DNA of 64,000 bases from Macrostomum lignano (taxonomy: Eukaryota): assembly GCA_002269645.1 (NCBI GenBank), contig NIVC01000250.1, forward strand, positions 172,650-236,649, written 5' to 3'. Position 1 is the first letter of the stretch, and each line of letters begins with the position of its first letter. The position numbers were made by a program, and so were the translations under genes. A model generated the notes under the pieces. It was not told where the DNA came from and did not search any database. It was given only the letters and a program-made list of their open reading frames with translations. Below, piece after piece: positions 37,387-50,387 of the stretch.

Positions 37387-37830
37387 TCTGTGAAAGATTA
37401 AGTCGAGTATATGATTTTGGTGATAAAATAAAATTGATTTATGAGTATTACTATATAAATAAAACATTTAAAAGCCCTTACCTTTACCAATTCATGTACA
37501 GAAAGTAAGTGTAAATACAACCAATTGCCTTGGTAGTTTAGTTATATGCTCGTATCAGATGCAGGCAGACAGCATAGGCTGCCAAGGTGCTATAAGTTAA
37601 GGTTAACTTTCACTATTTGGCTTTACAGACTGCTTTTATCGCTGCATGCATTGACTTAGCCTTAGCTTGTGCCATCATACTCATACAGCTATATATACAT
37701 ATGTATCTCTGCCACTCCCCACTTTTGCAACCTTACACTGTACAATCATGCCTAAAACACTCCGTGTCAAGTGTACTGTTCTAGTGCCACATGGGGTACA
37801 AATACGATTAGGAATGACAAGAGTCAAAAC

Positions 37831-38117
37831 CATACATGCACAATAGTTGGCCGATATGGACGACTGATTTGGCGGCCAACCAAGGTAAGTTGCAAAAATG
37901 CCCACCCAAATAAATACCAAAGTAGTATTAAGTAGCTGACGAAGCATTTTGCCTTAATAAAGACAGTTATAGTTACTCCTGCCGTTTACCCAAAGTTGCG
38001 TTAATTTTGCTTTCAGGTTTTTTTCATGTAAGTCGCATTTTTGGCCGAAAACTACGTCGCATTTTTGTTAAAACTAAGTCGCACGGCCGACCAAATTTTG
38101 GAGGTTGCGCATGTATG
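37831..38117. mobile_element. MITE-equivalent unit forming the right end of the hAT element
   Basis: Starts CATACATGCACAA (second left-type TIR) and aligns along its length with the MITEs at 41203 and 42281; has no TSD of its own. Confidence 0.85.
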
Positions 38118-38238
38118 ATAGGGCCTAAATTTTAAAATCTCACTTTAGCCTATAAGCCTAGTCTTTGTAGTTAGGTCTACTATGACATAATATCATTGTT
38201 AGGCTTAGACAGTAAGTGATAAGTCTTAGTCTATTATA

Positions 38239-38716
38239 GGCATAACTATGGTTTCGTTCGTTATATTATTTCTTGTTTCAAATTTGCTCTAGCGTACAAA
38301 GAAATGGCTGGACGACCACCGGCGCCTACAACAATCATTCCACGAGTCTGTAAACCACCGGCTCCATTTTATAGACCCCTAGGACCCAAAGGTTCATACA
38401 AACACTATCAAGGGAACGTAGGTACATTGCAAGGCGAAGTTTTGCAACATGTGTGGGACGAGTGATGGTCTATTCGAAACTCATTTGCAGGAATTTCTGT
38501 GGTGCCATCTATATCCACGAAATGTGTTTGGCAACTTTCTCTACTGGGTGTCACATTATTTTCCTCTCTAATTATCTTTCTTGTGACTTTGAACTCTAAT
38601 TTGAACTTTTTTGGTGGTGGGTCATCTTTTCTGAACTTCTCCAAGTATGGTTTGTCGTAATCTCTAAGAACTTGTCGCTCTTTTAAATAAAGTAATAAAA
38701 AAACCATAGTTATGCC
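38239..38716. mobile_element. Unclassified 478-bp TIR element carrying a coding-like fragment
   Basis: 16-bp TIR GGCATAACTATGGTTT at 38239-38254 and 38701-38716; internal ORF 38408-38707 (-). Confidence 0.65.
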
Positions 38717-39400
38717 CTATTTTATTGCAATATGCCAATAATTATTGGCATGAAATAAAACAAAATGAATTAGGCCTATTCAATAAAGTACTATACAAAT
38801 ATAATTATTAACATGCACTAGGCCTAAGCTGAAATTAAATTTGTTGTTAATATTTTTATCTATATTAGGCCCTACTATATATATAGGTGTAGGCCTAGCC
38901 TTAGGCTTCAATTTTTTAAACAAGAGTATACAATATATAATACAAAAAACTTAAAAGTTTTTTATTATTATATATTTCTATCCATTAAATGTATCTATAT
39001 ATATTAGACCCTAGCTAGTATATCATGACATTGATAGTGTAGTTGTTAAAATGATCATTAAAACATAACCATGTTATATTTCAGATTCTAATTCTAAGAC
39101 CTAATTAATTTTAGGGGGCCTAACACAATATAGATATAGACAGATGCCATATATCTATTAGAATCAGATTATAGAAGGTAGGCCATTTTTAAAACCTGAA
39201 GAGGTGCTTATTTTTGCAAGTCATAGTCTAGTCATAGGTTCTTGCTTATAGTTAAGTTATACTGTATGCCTATCCTAATTTTATATTTATTTATAGAATT
39301 TTTAATACAAATAAAGGCGATTTCATTTTAAACAAGGACAATATATGGTTTATGTTTATGCATCAAATTATTTCTTGTCAGTGTCAGTGTCAGCCCACTT

Positions 39401-39512
39401 GGGGATCCTGAAGATTCCCGCGTTTAATTATAACCCCCACCCCCCACCAGCCTTGAATAGAGGGCGAAATAATTCCGTAAAATAATTAAACGCGGGAATC
39501 TTCAGGATCGCC
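39401..39512. mobile_element. 112-bp MITE with GG termini and 8-bp TSD (Merlin-like)
   Basis: 28-bp perfect inverted repeat gatcctgaagattcccgcgtttaattat; TSD GCCCACTT at 39393-39400 and 39513-39520. Confidence 0.75.
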
Positions 39513-40779
39513 GCCCACTTAAATCAATATTTTAATGTTTTGGAAAAAGTCCCATAGCCATAGGCCTAGGGTCCTAGGCATAATAATCTCATTAGATACA
39601 TTTTTAGGGGATCACTCTTGTATGAAAATGAATCAAATTTTATGCAAACAGCTTATGGTGCATGGCCATGGGTTAAAAAATCGATGTGGCGGTTGGACGG
39701 GCCAGTTAGGGTGACCAGACAGCTAGCGACCAAGGACCACTAAGGATCTTCTAGTGGTCCTTGCTAGCGACGTGGAAGTCCTCGAAAACCCCGGAAACAT
39801 TAAATATAAAATATTACGTTACCATAAAATGTAGCTTGTAAGTATTAGTAATGTTTTATATGCGCATTGCTAAACTTGAACAACAGCTCAACTGACAAAA
39901 GGATAGACCAAATTCTTCTTTTGACGTTGTTTAAGCATACACTTACTTAAGTATAACAAATTCAAATAGCAGCAATAAGTAAATTATTTTCTTAGAAAAG
40001 CGCTCGAAACGCCCTTATTTATTATTATGCATGTTGGATTTGACATCATTAAAATTTAGGAAAGATGGAAAGTTATCGGAAATTAATTGGCTGAAGATGT
40101 AAATAGGGTAGAGAAAAAATATATCTATCCACCTATACTAAATATTATACTAATTTTGTATTTTTGTCTTATTTTTGTGCTGTTTGTCTGTTGTCTGTCT
40201 GTTCTAGATTTTTTAGAACTGTCTAGCTGATTTTTTTAAATTAGCTTTGTATTGTATTGTATTGTATTTCTTTGTATTGTATTAAAAAGAATATAATCCA
40301 CTTCGGTAACAGCCACTTTGGTAACTGCCATTTTGGTAATAATTTTTTTTTCATTTTTATTTTTTGTATCTTTTTTTATAATAGGGCAAGGCCTAGTCCA
40401 AGAGAAATTGCTCATTAGTACATAGATTGGCAACTTTTCAATGTTGCTGAGTATGTATAAAATTTTGAACAATAAAAAAATCAATTTGGAAGTAGATCAA
40501 ATAATGACTCAAATTGACTCAATAATGACTCAAGTTAATATTAAATCAAAATAAAAAAGTGATTTTTATGCATGCTTTGAATGTTTAAATTTTTAATTTG
40601 AATGCCCTTATGAGGGCTTAATTGACTAGTATGTGACTATAAATATGGATATAAAGTTAGGCTCTAAGCATATTTTACACTGTTTTTATTGTGCCCAATT
40701 TCTTTAATTTCTTTTTTTATAATAAACATAATTCAAAACATTAAAAATTGATGGTTTTCTAATATTGTAATAGGAGGCT

Positions 40780-41650
40780 AGAATCATAGAAGTGTCATAT
40801 AAACATTCATAGAAGTGTCATGTAAATAATCATAGTAGCTCCATGTAAACAATCATAGAAATGTCATGTAAAAAATCATAGAATTGTCATAAAACAATCA
40901 TAAAAGCATCATAAAAAATCATAGAATTGTCATATAAAGAATCATAAAAGTGTCATGTAAACAATCATAAAAGCTTTAAATGAACAATTATAAAAGCATC
41001 ATATAGGCCTAAAAATCATAGAAGTGTCATGTAAAGAATCAGAAGTGTCATGTAAACAATCATAGAAGTGTCATATAAACAATCAGAAGCATTATGTAAA
41101 AAATCATAGAAGTGTCATGTAAAGAATCATAGAAGTGTCATGTAAGCAATCATAGAAATGTCATATAAAAAATCATAGAGGTATCATATAAAAATCTAAG
41201 AACATATATGCGCAACACTCGGCCGAGTCGGCCGATGTGGCCGACCGATTTGGCGGCCAACCAAGGAAGTCGCAAAAATGCCCACCCAAAAAACACCAGA
41301 GTAGTAGCACTAAGTAGCTGACGAGGCATTTTGGCTTAATAAGAGTTATAGTTACTCCTGCCGTTTACCCAAGTAGGTTTTTTACATGTAAGTTGCATTT
41401 TTGGCCAAAAACTACGTCGCATTTTTGTTAAAACTAAGTCGCACGGCCGACCGAATTTTGGAGTTTGCGCATGTATGTCTAAGAAGCATAAAAAAATCAG
41501 AAGTGTTATGTAAAGAATCATAGAAGCCTCATGTAAAGAATCATAGAAGTGTCATGTAAGCAATAATAGAAGCTGCATGTAAACCATCATAGAAATATCA
41601 TGTAAAAAATCATAAGCATCATTAAAAAATCATAGTAGCGCAATGGAATA
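40780..41650. repeat. Degenerate ~23-bp AT-rich tandem repeat (aatcatagaagtgtcatgtaaaa), interrupted by a MITE
   Basis: Recurrent catagaagtgtcatgtaaa; decayed copies continue to ~43900. Confidence 0.8.
41203..41477. mobile_element. hAT MITE of the 31616-38117 family
   Basis: TIRs CATATATGCGCAAC / TTTGCGCATGTATG; perfect TSD TCTAAGAA. Confidence 0.93.
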
Positions 41651-42280
41651 ATAAAAAAGTGTCATTTCAAAAATAAAAGAAGCATCACATAAAACTGTGC
41701 TGTGACTCTTAAGGAGAATTACTATGAGTTCAAGGCTCACAGAGAATAACTAAGCTGTAAAGGATTATGGGGGGATTTCTAAGATGTCAAAGCAAAAGCC
41801 AGAAGCTACATATAGTTAACTGAAATTTTTTATTACATTCTTTGTTGGCTCGTCACAGGGGTGCTGATAGAAGAAGTGTCATAAAAAAGAGGGGAATAGC
41901 TAAGATGTCAAGACTTACAAGGGATTGCTGAGGTTATTGTAAAGAGAAGCTATTGTTTAAACATGTAGTTTATTCAAAAGTAGAATAAAGCCTTGACAAA
42001 AGAAGTGTCATGTAAAAAAATGTCCCATGAAACTGTAAAGAAATTGTGACTCTGGAGAAGAATTACTATTGATGTCAAAGCTTATGGGGGAAGATGTCAA
42101 GGCTTATGGGGGAATAACTAAGATGTTAGGGCTAAAGTTAGAAGCTACATGTAGTTTCTTCAAAACTTTTTATTATATTATTTGTTGGCTCTTTGTTGGG
42201 ATGTCACTGATAGAAAAAGCGTCATGTAAAAAAAGAAGTATCATGCTGAAGTTAAGAGATTCATTTGGGAATCCCTATGA

Positions 42281-42576
42281 CATACATGCGCAACAGTCGG
42301 CTGAGTCGGCCGATCTGGCCGACCAATTTGACGGCTAACCAAGGAAGTTGCAAAAATGCCGACCCAAAAAAACCAAAGTAGTAGTACTAAGTAGCTGACG
42401 AGGCAATTTGACTTAATAAGACAGTCATAGTTACTCCTGCCGTTTACCCAAAGTTGCGTTAATTTTGCGTTAGCGTTTTTTTACATGTAAGTCGCATTTT
42501 TGGCCAAAAACTACGTCGCATTTTTGTTAAAACTAAGTCGCATGGCCGACCAAATTTTGGAGGTTGCACATATATG
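42281..42576. mobile_element. hAT MITE of the 31616-38117 family
   Basis: TIRs CATACATGCGCAAC / GTTGCACATATATG; TSD CCCTATGA / CCCTATAA (7 of 8). Confidence 0.9.
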
Positions 42577-45364
42577 CCCTATAATGTCAAGACTTGCAGG
42601 GAATTACAATAATACTATAGTGCTATAATAACTCTTGGGGAGAATTATTGAAATGTCAATGCTTTAGGGTTAGGATTAAGGTTAGAGTAGGGTTAGGGTT
42701 AGGTTGACAGATTTTTTAAGATTTCAAGGCTTATGGGAGGCATCACTGAGATGTCAATAGGGAAAGTTGATATTTTAAGGCTTGTGGGAGGAATTGCTAA
42801 CATGTCAATGCTTACAAGGGACTACTAAGATATATTGCAAAGAGATGCTACATGTACTTTATTAAAAAACTTATACTGCATTTTTTAGCTCCCAATGGGG
42901 GCGCTAATTGCTAGTCCCATATACTAAAAACACACCTATTATATATTAACAACAATATGATTATATAGAAGTAATTTTGGCAAAAATGGCCTAACCAATT
43001 TTCATGAGACTTTGACTATTCAATCAGAAAATTTTCTAAGATAGTAATGTGTTGTTGCTAGGAAATTGCTCAATGCTAAAGGGATTAAATATTTAAAACA
43101 AGCTTTATTGCAAGTATCAAGCAGATTCTTAAAGTTAAAACATATTGTTAAAATGCTAGAGAAAAAACTAACATATAGAATTTAGATTCTGATTAAGATT
43201 GTATCATAGCTGAATTGTGATTCTAGCTTGAATTGTGGCAATGTGAAATGCCAAAATATGTTCCACATAATGTGGAAACATAACATGAGACTTAATTTAG
43301 ATTATGCAACCACATTGTTAACTTTAATTGAAACTGATATTCACTGAATAAGAAATTGATTATGTCATAACTGCTTTGTGTGACTTTTACTCTAATAGAG
43401 TATGTAATATAATGTAGTAATGAGTAAGTATACCTAGGTGTCTAGGTGTCATGTATACCTAGAAGAAGCATCATGTAAAATATCACAAAGTATCATCATG
43501 TATAAAATAAAATAATTGTCATAAAATATAAAAGAAGCATCATATACAAAATAAACAAAATTTCATATAAAACAAAAAAGCATTAGTGTTACTAGGTTTC
43601 TCTTTTGTGATATGGATAGTATAGTGTCTTGACTTTCAAAATTGCATCCTCAAATTAGACATTATGCTTGAATGCAATTTTGCATCCTAGTGCCAGTGAA
43701 AAAACCATAGGCTATATACTAGGGATGGTATGTAATATCCTGACTTTTCAAATCATATCCTAAAGTTTGACCTTTGATACATTTTGCATGTTAGCACCAG
43801 TGAAAAAACCTAGATCATAAAAGTAATAACAAAAGAATCATCATGTTAAACAGAAGAAACATCATATAAAACATGAAAAAGCTCATATAAAACATCAAAG
43901 AAGTTATTATATGAAAATAATAGTTATTTCAGACATGTAAAAGAAGAAATCATATAGTCTTTGTAAGAATTGCTATTGCTAAGATGTCAAGGCTTAGTTT
44001 GGAATTATTGAGATGTTAAGGCTTATGGGGAGAATTGCTGATCATGAGTAACAAGGTATATAGGGGGATTTCTTAGATGTCAAGGCTTAGGGGGATAGCT
44101 GAGATAGCTGAGATAATAATTAACTTATTACAATTTATAAGTAATTGCTGAGTTATAAAGGCGAAAGTACTTTTTCGATTTTAAAACTGCAATAAACCCC
44201 TATTTTTTGTATTATAGTTTTTTTAAAGGCTTTTCTTTAAAAATACAACTTTGTTTTTTATCACCCCATTAAAGTCAGATGAATATTTTTTTATTTTTTT
44301 TTGAAAATGTATTTCTTTCTTCTTTCTAATTAATATTTGCTTTTAATTCTAAGCAATTGGATTGCACAGTTATTCATTTGCAAAAAACCCAACATTTTAT
44401 TAAAATTTGCCATTTGTATTCATATTGGCAAGTCATGGGATCCCTGGGTTTTTTAGAAAGTTTTTTTGAGAAATACGAATTGTAATATATAAAGAGCCTT
44501 AAAGTTGAGCTTAAAGCCAGTGAATATAGGTTTACAATACACTTTTAAACACAAAATGTTCCTAGAGCAGTCAACTTTCATATCTAAAAAGTTTCTTGTG
44601 TCTATGACCATTTTTAAAGGTGAATTTGATATTAAGAGTAGGTTGATTGCTAAAACAAAAGTTTTATGGTCTTTCTCACTTTCAAATACAGCAAGCATGT
44701 CATCAACATAGCATTTGTAAAACTTTGGTGTACAAGGCAGTTTCAGGCTTCAGCCATTTACAGACTCCTGGTAAGTCATACAGAGATCAGCTAATGTGGG
44801 AGCTAAGGGGTTACCTTTACCTTTATGCTATGTGTATATGATTTTCATTTTTATGTGTATCAAAATATATATTTACATATATAAAATACATATTCAGTTT
44901 TTATACCTAGGAGATATTTGCTTTTTAATAGCAATATATAGTTCTTTGTAATTTTATTAACATATTATAGCCAAAAATTGTTTAAATTTGCTACACAAAA
45001 TTTTTGAATTAATATTAACTTTGGTAAAGTTTTTTCTTACTATGTAAATAGTAGTGATATATATACTATTTTATAATTTAACAATCCAACTTACTTTGTA
45101 CTTTAAAAAACTTCACATGTCTTATATTATCTGAAATTGCCCATTATTTCTTGAATAGTTGAATTACAAGTTATAACAAAAATTACCTCCAAAAATTGCA
45201 TGCATACTGCGCGCTGCATTGTGCAGCCGCTAGCAGGCACTGCAAAGCCTTAGGTTCTAACTTGATTAATCAGACTTTTGAGTCCTAAGCAGACTGTCAA
45301 AGAACTTTAGAGCTCAAAGAAGTGTGATTCTACAGTTAGTGAATATTTAATTATTAGCAACAAA

Positions 45365-48300
45365 ATGGGCTGCTGCTTTTCAAAGCACGCGGCAGAGCAA
45401 CCCGGCCGGAGGTACATTGAAGATCCGCAGCAGCTGCAGCAGCAGCAGCAACAGCAGCAACTGGCGCCTGTTGCACAGTGGAACAACCACATGGGCCATG
45501 CTGACGCGATACCAGGCCACATGCAGCCGCAGAGGCCGGGTAACAAATTCATGGGGCCATATCCGCAGCAGCCCATCGGCCGGCCCAACCAGCCAATGCC
45601 GATGGTTGAGCCGCAGCCTCCGCCACAGCAGCGCATCTTGGTCAGGGCGCTCTACAACTACAATGCCCAGAATCCTGACGATCTGGACTTTCGCAAAGAC
45701 GACCTAATGGAGGTTTTAGGCGACACCTCCGAGCCCTGGTGGTACGCCAGGCACCAGCGCAGCTCCAAGGCCGGCTACATACCGTCTAACTATGTGCTCA
45801 TTGACGACGGCAAGCCGACTTCGCTCAGCTCCTGGTTCGAAATCAGCCGCAGAGATGCTGACAGGTTTGTGTGGTCTGCAGTGCCGCTTGGTTTTGCTTT
45901 GGCCACTGGTTGGTATACCCTAACCCCTGACACTCCAATCCCTGACACCCTAACCCCTGACACTCTAATCCCTGACACCCTAACCCCTGACACTCCAATC
46001 CCTGACACCCTAACCCCTGACACTCCAATCCCTGACACTTTAACCCCTGACACTCCAATCCCTGACACCCTAACCCCTGACACTCCAATCCCTGACACCT
46101 TAACCCCTGACACTCCAATCCCTGACACCCTAACCCATGACACTCCAATCCCTGACACCCTAACCCCTAACACCAATCCCTGACACCCTAACCCATGACA
46201 CTCCAATCCCTGACACCCTAACCCATGACACTCCAATCCCTGACACCCTAACCCCTGACACTCCAATCCCTGACACCCTAACCCATGACACTCCAATCCC
46301 TGACACCCTAACCCCTGACACTCCAATCCCTGACACCCTAACCCATGACACTCCAATCCCTGACACCCTAACCCATGACACTCCAATCCCTGACACCCTA
46401 ACCCATGACACTCCAATCCCTGACACCCTAACCCATGACACTCCAATCCCTGACACCCTAACCCCTGACACTCCAATCCCTGACACCCTAACCCATGACA
46501 CTCTAATCCCTGACACCCTAACCCCTGACACTCCAATCCCTTAACACCCTAACCCCTGACACTCTAATCCCTGACACTGAAATCCTTTACACCCCAACCC
46601 CTGTCCCTGACACCCTAACTTCTGACACTTGAATACTTGATACCCAAACCCCTGGCCCCTGACACTTAAATCTTTGACACAACAACCCCTGACAGCTTAC
46701 TTCCGACACTTCAATCCCTGACACCACAACTCCTGACACCCCAACCTTTGACAGCCTAACTTCTGACATTCCAATCCCTGACATCCCATTCTCTGACACC
46801 CTAACTCCTGACAATTCGATCTTTGACTCCCCAACCCGTGCCACTGACACATTAATCCCTGATACCCCAATCCCCGGCCGCCAAAGCAGTTGTCTGGTAC
46901 AAGAAATGTCAAACCTGTGAGATGCAGGTGGCAAATCAGTAGTTGGGAGGGGGCGCGATAATCCCCCCTCCAGCTAAGCCCCTGCCCTGACAGCCGCATC
47001 CCTGTCTATCCAAGCCTTTCGATAAGTGCCACCCAGTTTCAACTGATTCCTGAGTTTGATATTGAAATTCTATTAATATTTGATTTACAAGAAGTTATTT
47101 TTGGTTTAGACCAATTAGTTAAATTTTGTATCAGCTGAAAATAGAATTCGCTATAAAATTGCCAAAAAACATCGTCAAAAGTAGAACTTTTAAATCTAGA
47201 ATTAGAAATTTGTTTAACAAAAATTGATTGAACTCCTGATAAAGGGTGATGGTAAGGTGGGGACAATCCAATTAGAAAATGACCAGATGAAAGGAAAGAG
47301 ATGACAGCGCTAAACAGAGGCCCAGACAGCTGGCTGTCGTACGATTGAGGACCAGCCCCTGAAGCACCGGGAGTGTACATGCGTGTGTACTACAGAATGG
47401 GCAGAATTGCCGTTAGCCCTGCGAATATTGTTATTAAGCGTCAATGTGAGTAGCTTTAACCGCATGTCACCTTCTCCCCAGGCACCTGCTGATGCCTGGC
47501 AACCCATCGGGCACGTACATCCTGCGGCCCAGCTCGTCCGGTCACTACGCTCTCAGCGTTCGAGTGAAAGATCAAACAAAGGAGAATAATTTCATGGTTA
47601 AGCACTACAAGATCAAAAACATGGACAATGGCGGATTCTACATATCGCCGAGAATCACCTTCAACTCCATGCAGGACCTGCTTAGTCATTATCAGGAGCG
47701 CACCGACGGCCTGTGCTGCAAGCTCACCATCCCGTGTCCCCGCGCCTACAAACCGCCTGTGCAGTTCCGCGACATCGAGGTGAACCGCGATTGCATCCAG
47801 CTGCTGCAGAAACTTGGCAACGGCTCCTTCGGCGAAGTGTTCCTAGGCAAATGGAACAACAGCGTTGAGGTGGCTGTGAAGACCATGAAGCCGAACACTA
47901 TGGAAGCTCAGAAATTCATCTCGGAGGCGCAGATCTTGCATCGATTGAATCACCCGAGAATTGTGCAGATTCTCGGTGTTTGCACCACGGGTGAGTACTG
48001 CCCCAGTTCTTAATCGCTAGATCCTCAAAATTTCATGCCTAGAGATCCTATTCTTCTTAGAATCATAATTGTAGTCCATTTTTAAGAATAGTTCAGATAC
48101 CACCCGGTTGTATTTGTTAGAATGGCCGAGTTGATCTCATTTAAAAAACTAGACTATTTAAACTAATTTCTTAAAATGGCCGAGTTGACCTCACTTCTAA
48201 AAATAGACAATTTGGACCAATTTCTTAGAATGACCGAGTTAATTCCTTTTCTTAGAATGACCAAATTGATCTTATTTCTTAGAATAACCAAATTGATCGC

Positions 48301-49596
48301 ATTTCTTAGAATAACCAAGTTGATCTCATTTCTTAAATAACCAAGTTGATCTCATTTCTTAGAATGACCAAGTTGATCTCATTTCTTAGAATGACCAAAT
48401 TGATCTTATTTCTTAGAATGACCAAATTGATCTTATTTCTTAGAATAACCAAGTTGATCTCATTTCTTAGAATGACCAAATTGATCTTATTTCTTAGAAT
48501 TACCAAATTGATCTTATTTCTTAGAATAACCGAGTTGATCTCATTTCTTAGAATGACCAAATTGATCTTATTTCTTAGAATTACCAAATTGATCTTATTT
48601 CTTAGAATAACCGAGTTGATCTCATTTCTTAGAATGACCAAATTGATCTTATTTCTTAGAATTACCAAATTGATCTTATTTCTTAGAATAACCGAGTTGA
48701 TCTCATTTCTTAGAATGACCAAATTGATCTTATTTCTTAGAATGACCAAATTAATCGCATTTCCTGAAACGGCCAACTTGATCCTACTTTTTGGAATCGC
48801 CAAGATAATTCTATTTCTTAAAAAAACTCAAACATTTTCTGAGAATATTATTTAAATTCCAATTCCTAGAAACACATTCACAATTCATTTAAGTTCGATT
48901 TCTTAGAATCTTCTTCAGATCCCATTCCGCCAAATTTTTCCCATTCTAAGAAATCAAAAACTATTTGAACTGGCAGGTGAGCCAATCTACATCATCACTG
49001 AGCTGATGGTGAACGGAGCACTGCTAGACTATCTGCGCAAAGACAACGGATTGAATCTGAAATTCGAGAATCTCATCGACATGATGGCCCAAATATCCGA
49101 CGGCATGGCCTATTTGGAGAGTTTGAACTTCGTGCACAGAGATCTTCGGGCCGCCAATATTCTGGTGGGCGACAATAACTGGGTGAAGGTGGCGGACTTC
49201 GGGCTCGCCAGGATGACCGCTGAAGACGACATCTACACGGCCGACGAGGGCGCCAAGTTCCCCATCAAGTGGACAGCGCCTGAGGCTGCTCAGAACCGAA
49301 TGTTCTCAGTCAAATCCGACGTCTGGTCGTTCGGCGTGCTCATGTGGGAGATTGTCACCTACGGCCGCGCGCCCTACGTCGGCATGGCCAACCGCCAGGT
49401 GCTAGAAGAAGTGTCCAAAGGCTACCGCATGCCGAACCCGCACAGCGGACACGTGTACTGCGACAACAACATCTACCAGCTCATGCTGGAGTGCTGGAGC
49501 GCCAATCCTGACAGCCGGCCGACATTCGCCTATCTGAAGGACGTCTTTGAGAACTATAACGTTGCCACGGAGATTCAGTACGTGGATAAGCGTTGA
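45365..49596 (+). CDS. Src-family non-receptor tyrosine kinase (Src42A/FRK-like), 542 aa, 3 coding exons
   Basis: Exons 45365-45864, 47482-47990 and 48977-49596 (phases 2,1). MGCC acylation start, Gln/Pro-rich unique region, SH3 ALYNY..WW..GYIPSNYV, SH2 YILRPS, GNGSFG, VAVK, HRDLRAAN, DFG, DDIY, KFPIKWTAPE, C-tail EIQY. Confidence 0.95.
45917..46870. repeat. 30-bp (2x15) minisatellite with CCCTAACCC-like core, Src intron 1
   Basis: Unit cctaacccctgacactccaatccctgacac; decays after ~46570. Confidence 0.95.
48220..48760. repeat. 27-bp minisatellite, Src intron 2
   Basis: Unit atttcttagaatgaccaaattgatctt. Confidence 0.95.
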
Positions 49597-50387
49597 ATGT
49601 GGCAATTGCTGTAAAGAACAAAAGGTGTTCTCTTCATAAAAATTTCTTTTCTGACTTGCTCTCCTATGTACATTTTTATTACTAGTAAGTTTCCTGCGAC
49701 GTTGACTTTTTTTAGCCTGCAAAAAAATTATAAATTTATTGATTAGTTCAATAATAGAAAAGCAAGTAGTACATTAGCTTGTTAGCTTGTCCTAATTCTG
49801 AGAAATGTATGTGGCTACAATGAGACTCTCATTCTAGCTCGTAAATCAATTCTGCTAAAATTCGTTGTTGCTATTAATCTACTTTAAAAATCTAGATTAA
49901 TTTGTTCTATTATATTGCGGTTTATATCTTTGCTTTGTTGGAACCTTAACATGCTTGTTTGGTCTGTTTTTACTGAATCAGGTCCCCCCTCTGACTCTTG
50001 ATTCAATCCCAATAAATGTTACCTGACGATAGTTACTAAATCTTTTAAATTGTTATAATAAAATTGCTGCTTTGGATACATATCGGCTGAGACAATCTAT
50101 GCGTTTGTTTTAGTTTTGCTTGCAGCCGGCAGAAAGTCTGCTAGCTGTTTTGCTGTCTTGGTGCGGTCTTTCTGGAGAGCACTGGCAAGTTTTGGCCAGC
50201 CTTTTCTCTCTCTCAGTCCTGATGTAACCCGACCCGTCTCCGCCAGTCAGCTACCATGTTTGCATGCCTAACTAGCTGCTCACCTGGTTCTAGTTGCTGA
50301 GCGCAGAAAATATGCCTTTTTTCCTTCTTGTTTGTTCCTATTGTGCTGCGCTTTGCTATGCTGTAATGCAGATTTTTATGGAACCTT

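Larger units (their letters stand above)
31616..38117 (-). mobile_element. hAT DNA transposon, 6502 bp
   Basis: TIR CATACATGCGCAAC at 31616-31629 and GTTGCGCATGTATG at 38104-38117; perfect 8-bp TSD ATAGGGCC at 31608-31615 and 38118-38125; encloses a transposase. Confidence 0.95.

Noticed and set aside
42661-42705. TTAGGG-like run
   Set aside because: About 45 bp and degenerate; no evidence of a telomere or fusion site. The CCCTAACCC core at 45.9-46.6 kb is part of a minisatellite.
45790-46999. TLTPDTPIPD extension of the Src ORF and the CQGLG/VSG ORFs
   Set aside because: The Src frame reads through the donor at 45865 into an intronic repeat; splicing to 47482 restores the SH2 domain.
48333-48855. 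FLRMTKLIL / NKINLVILR ORFs
   Set aside because: 27-bp intronic minisatellite.
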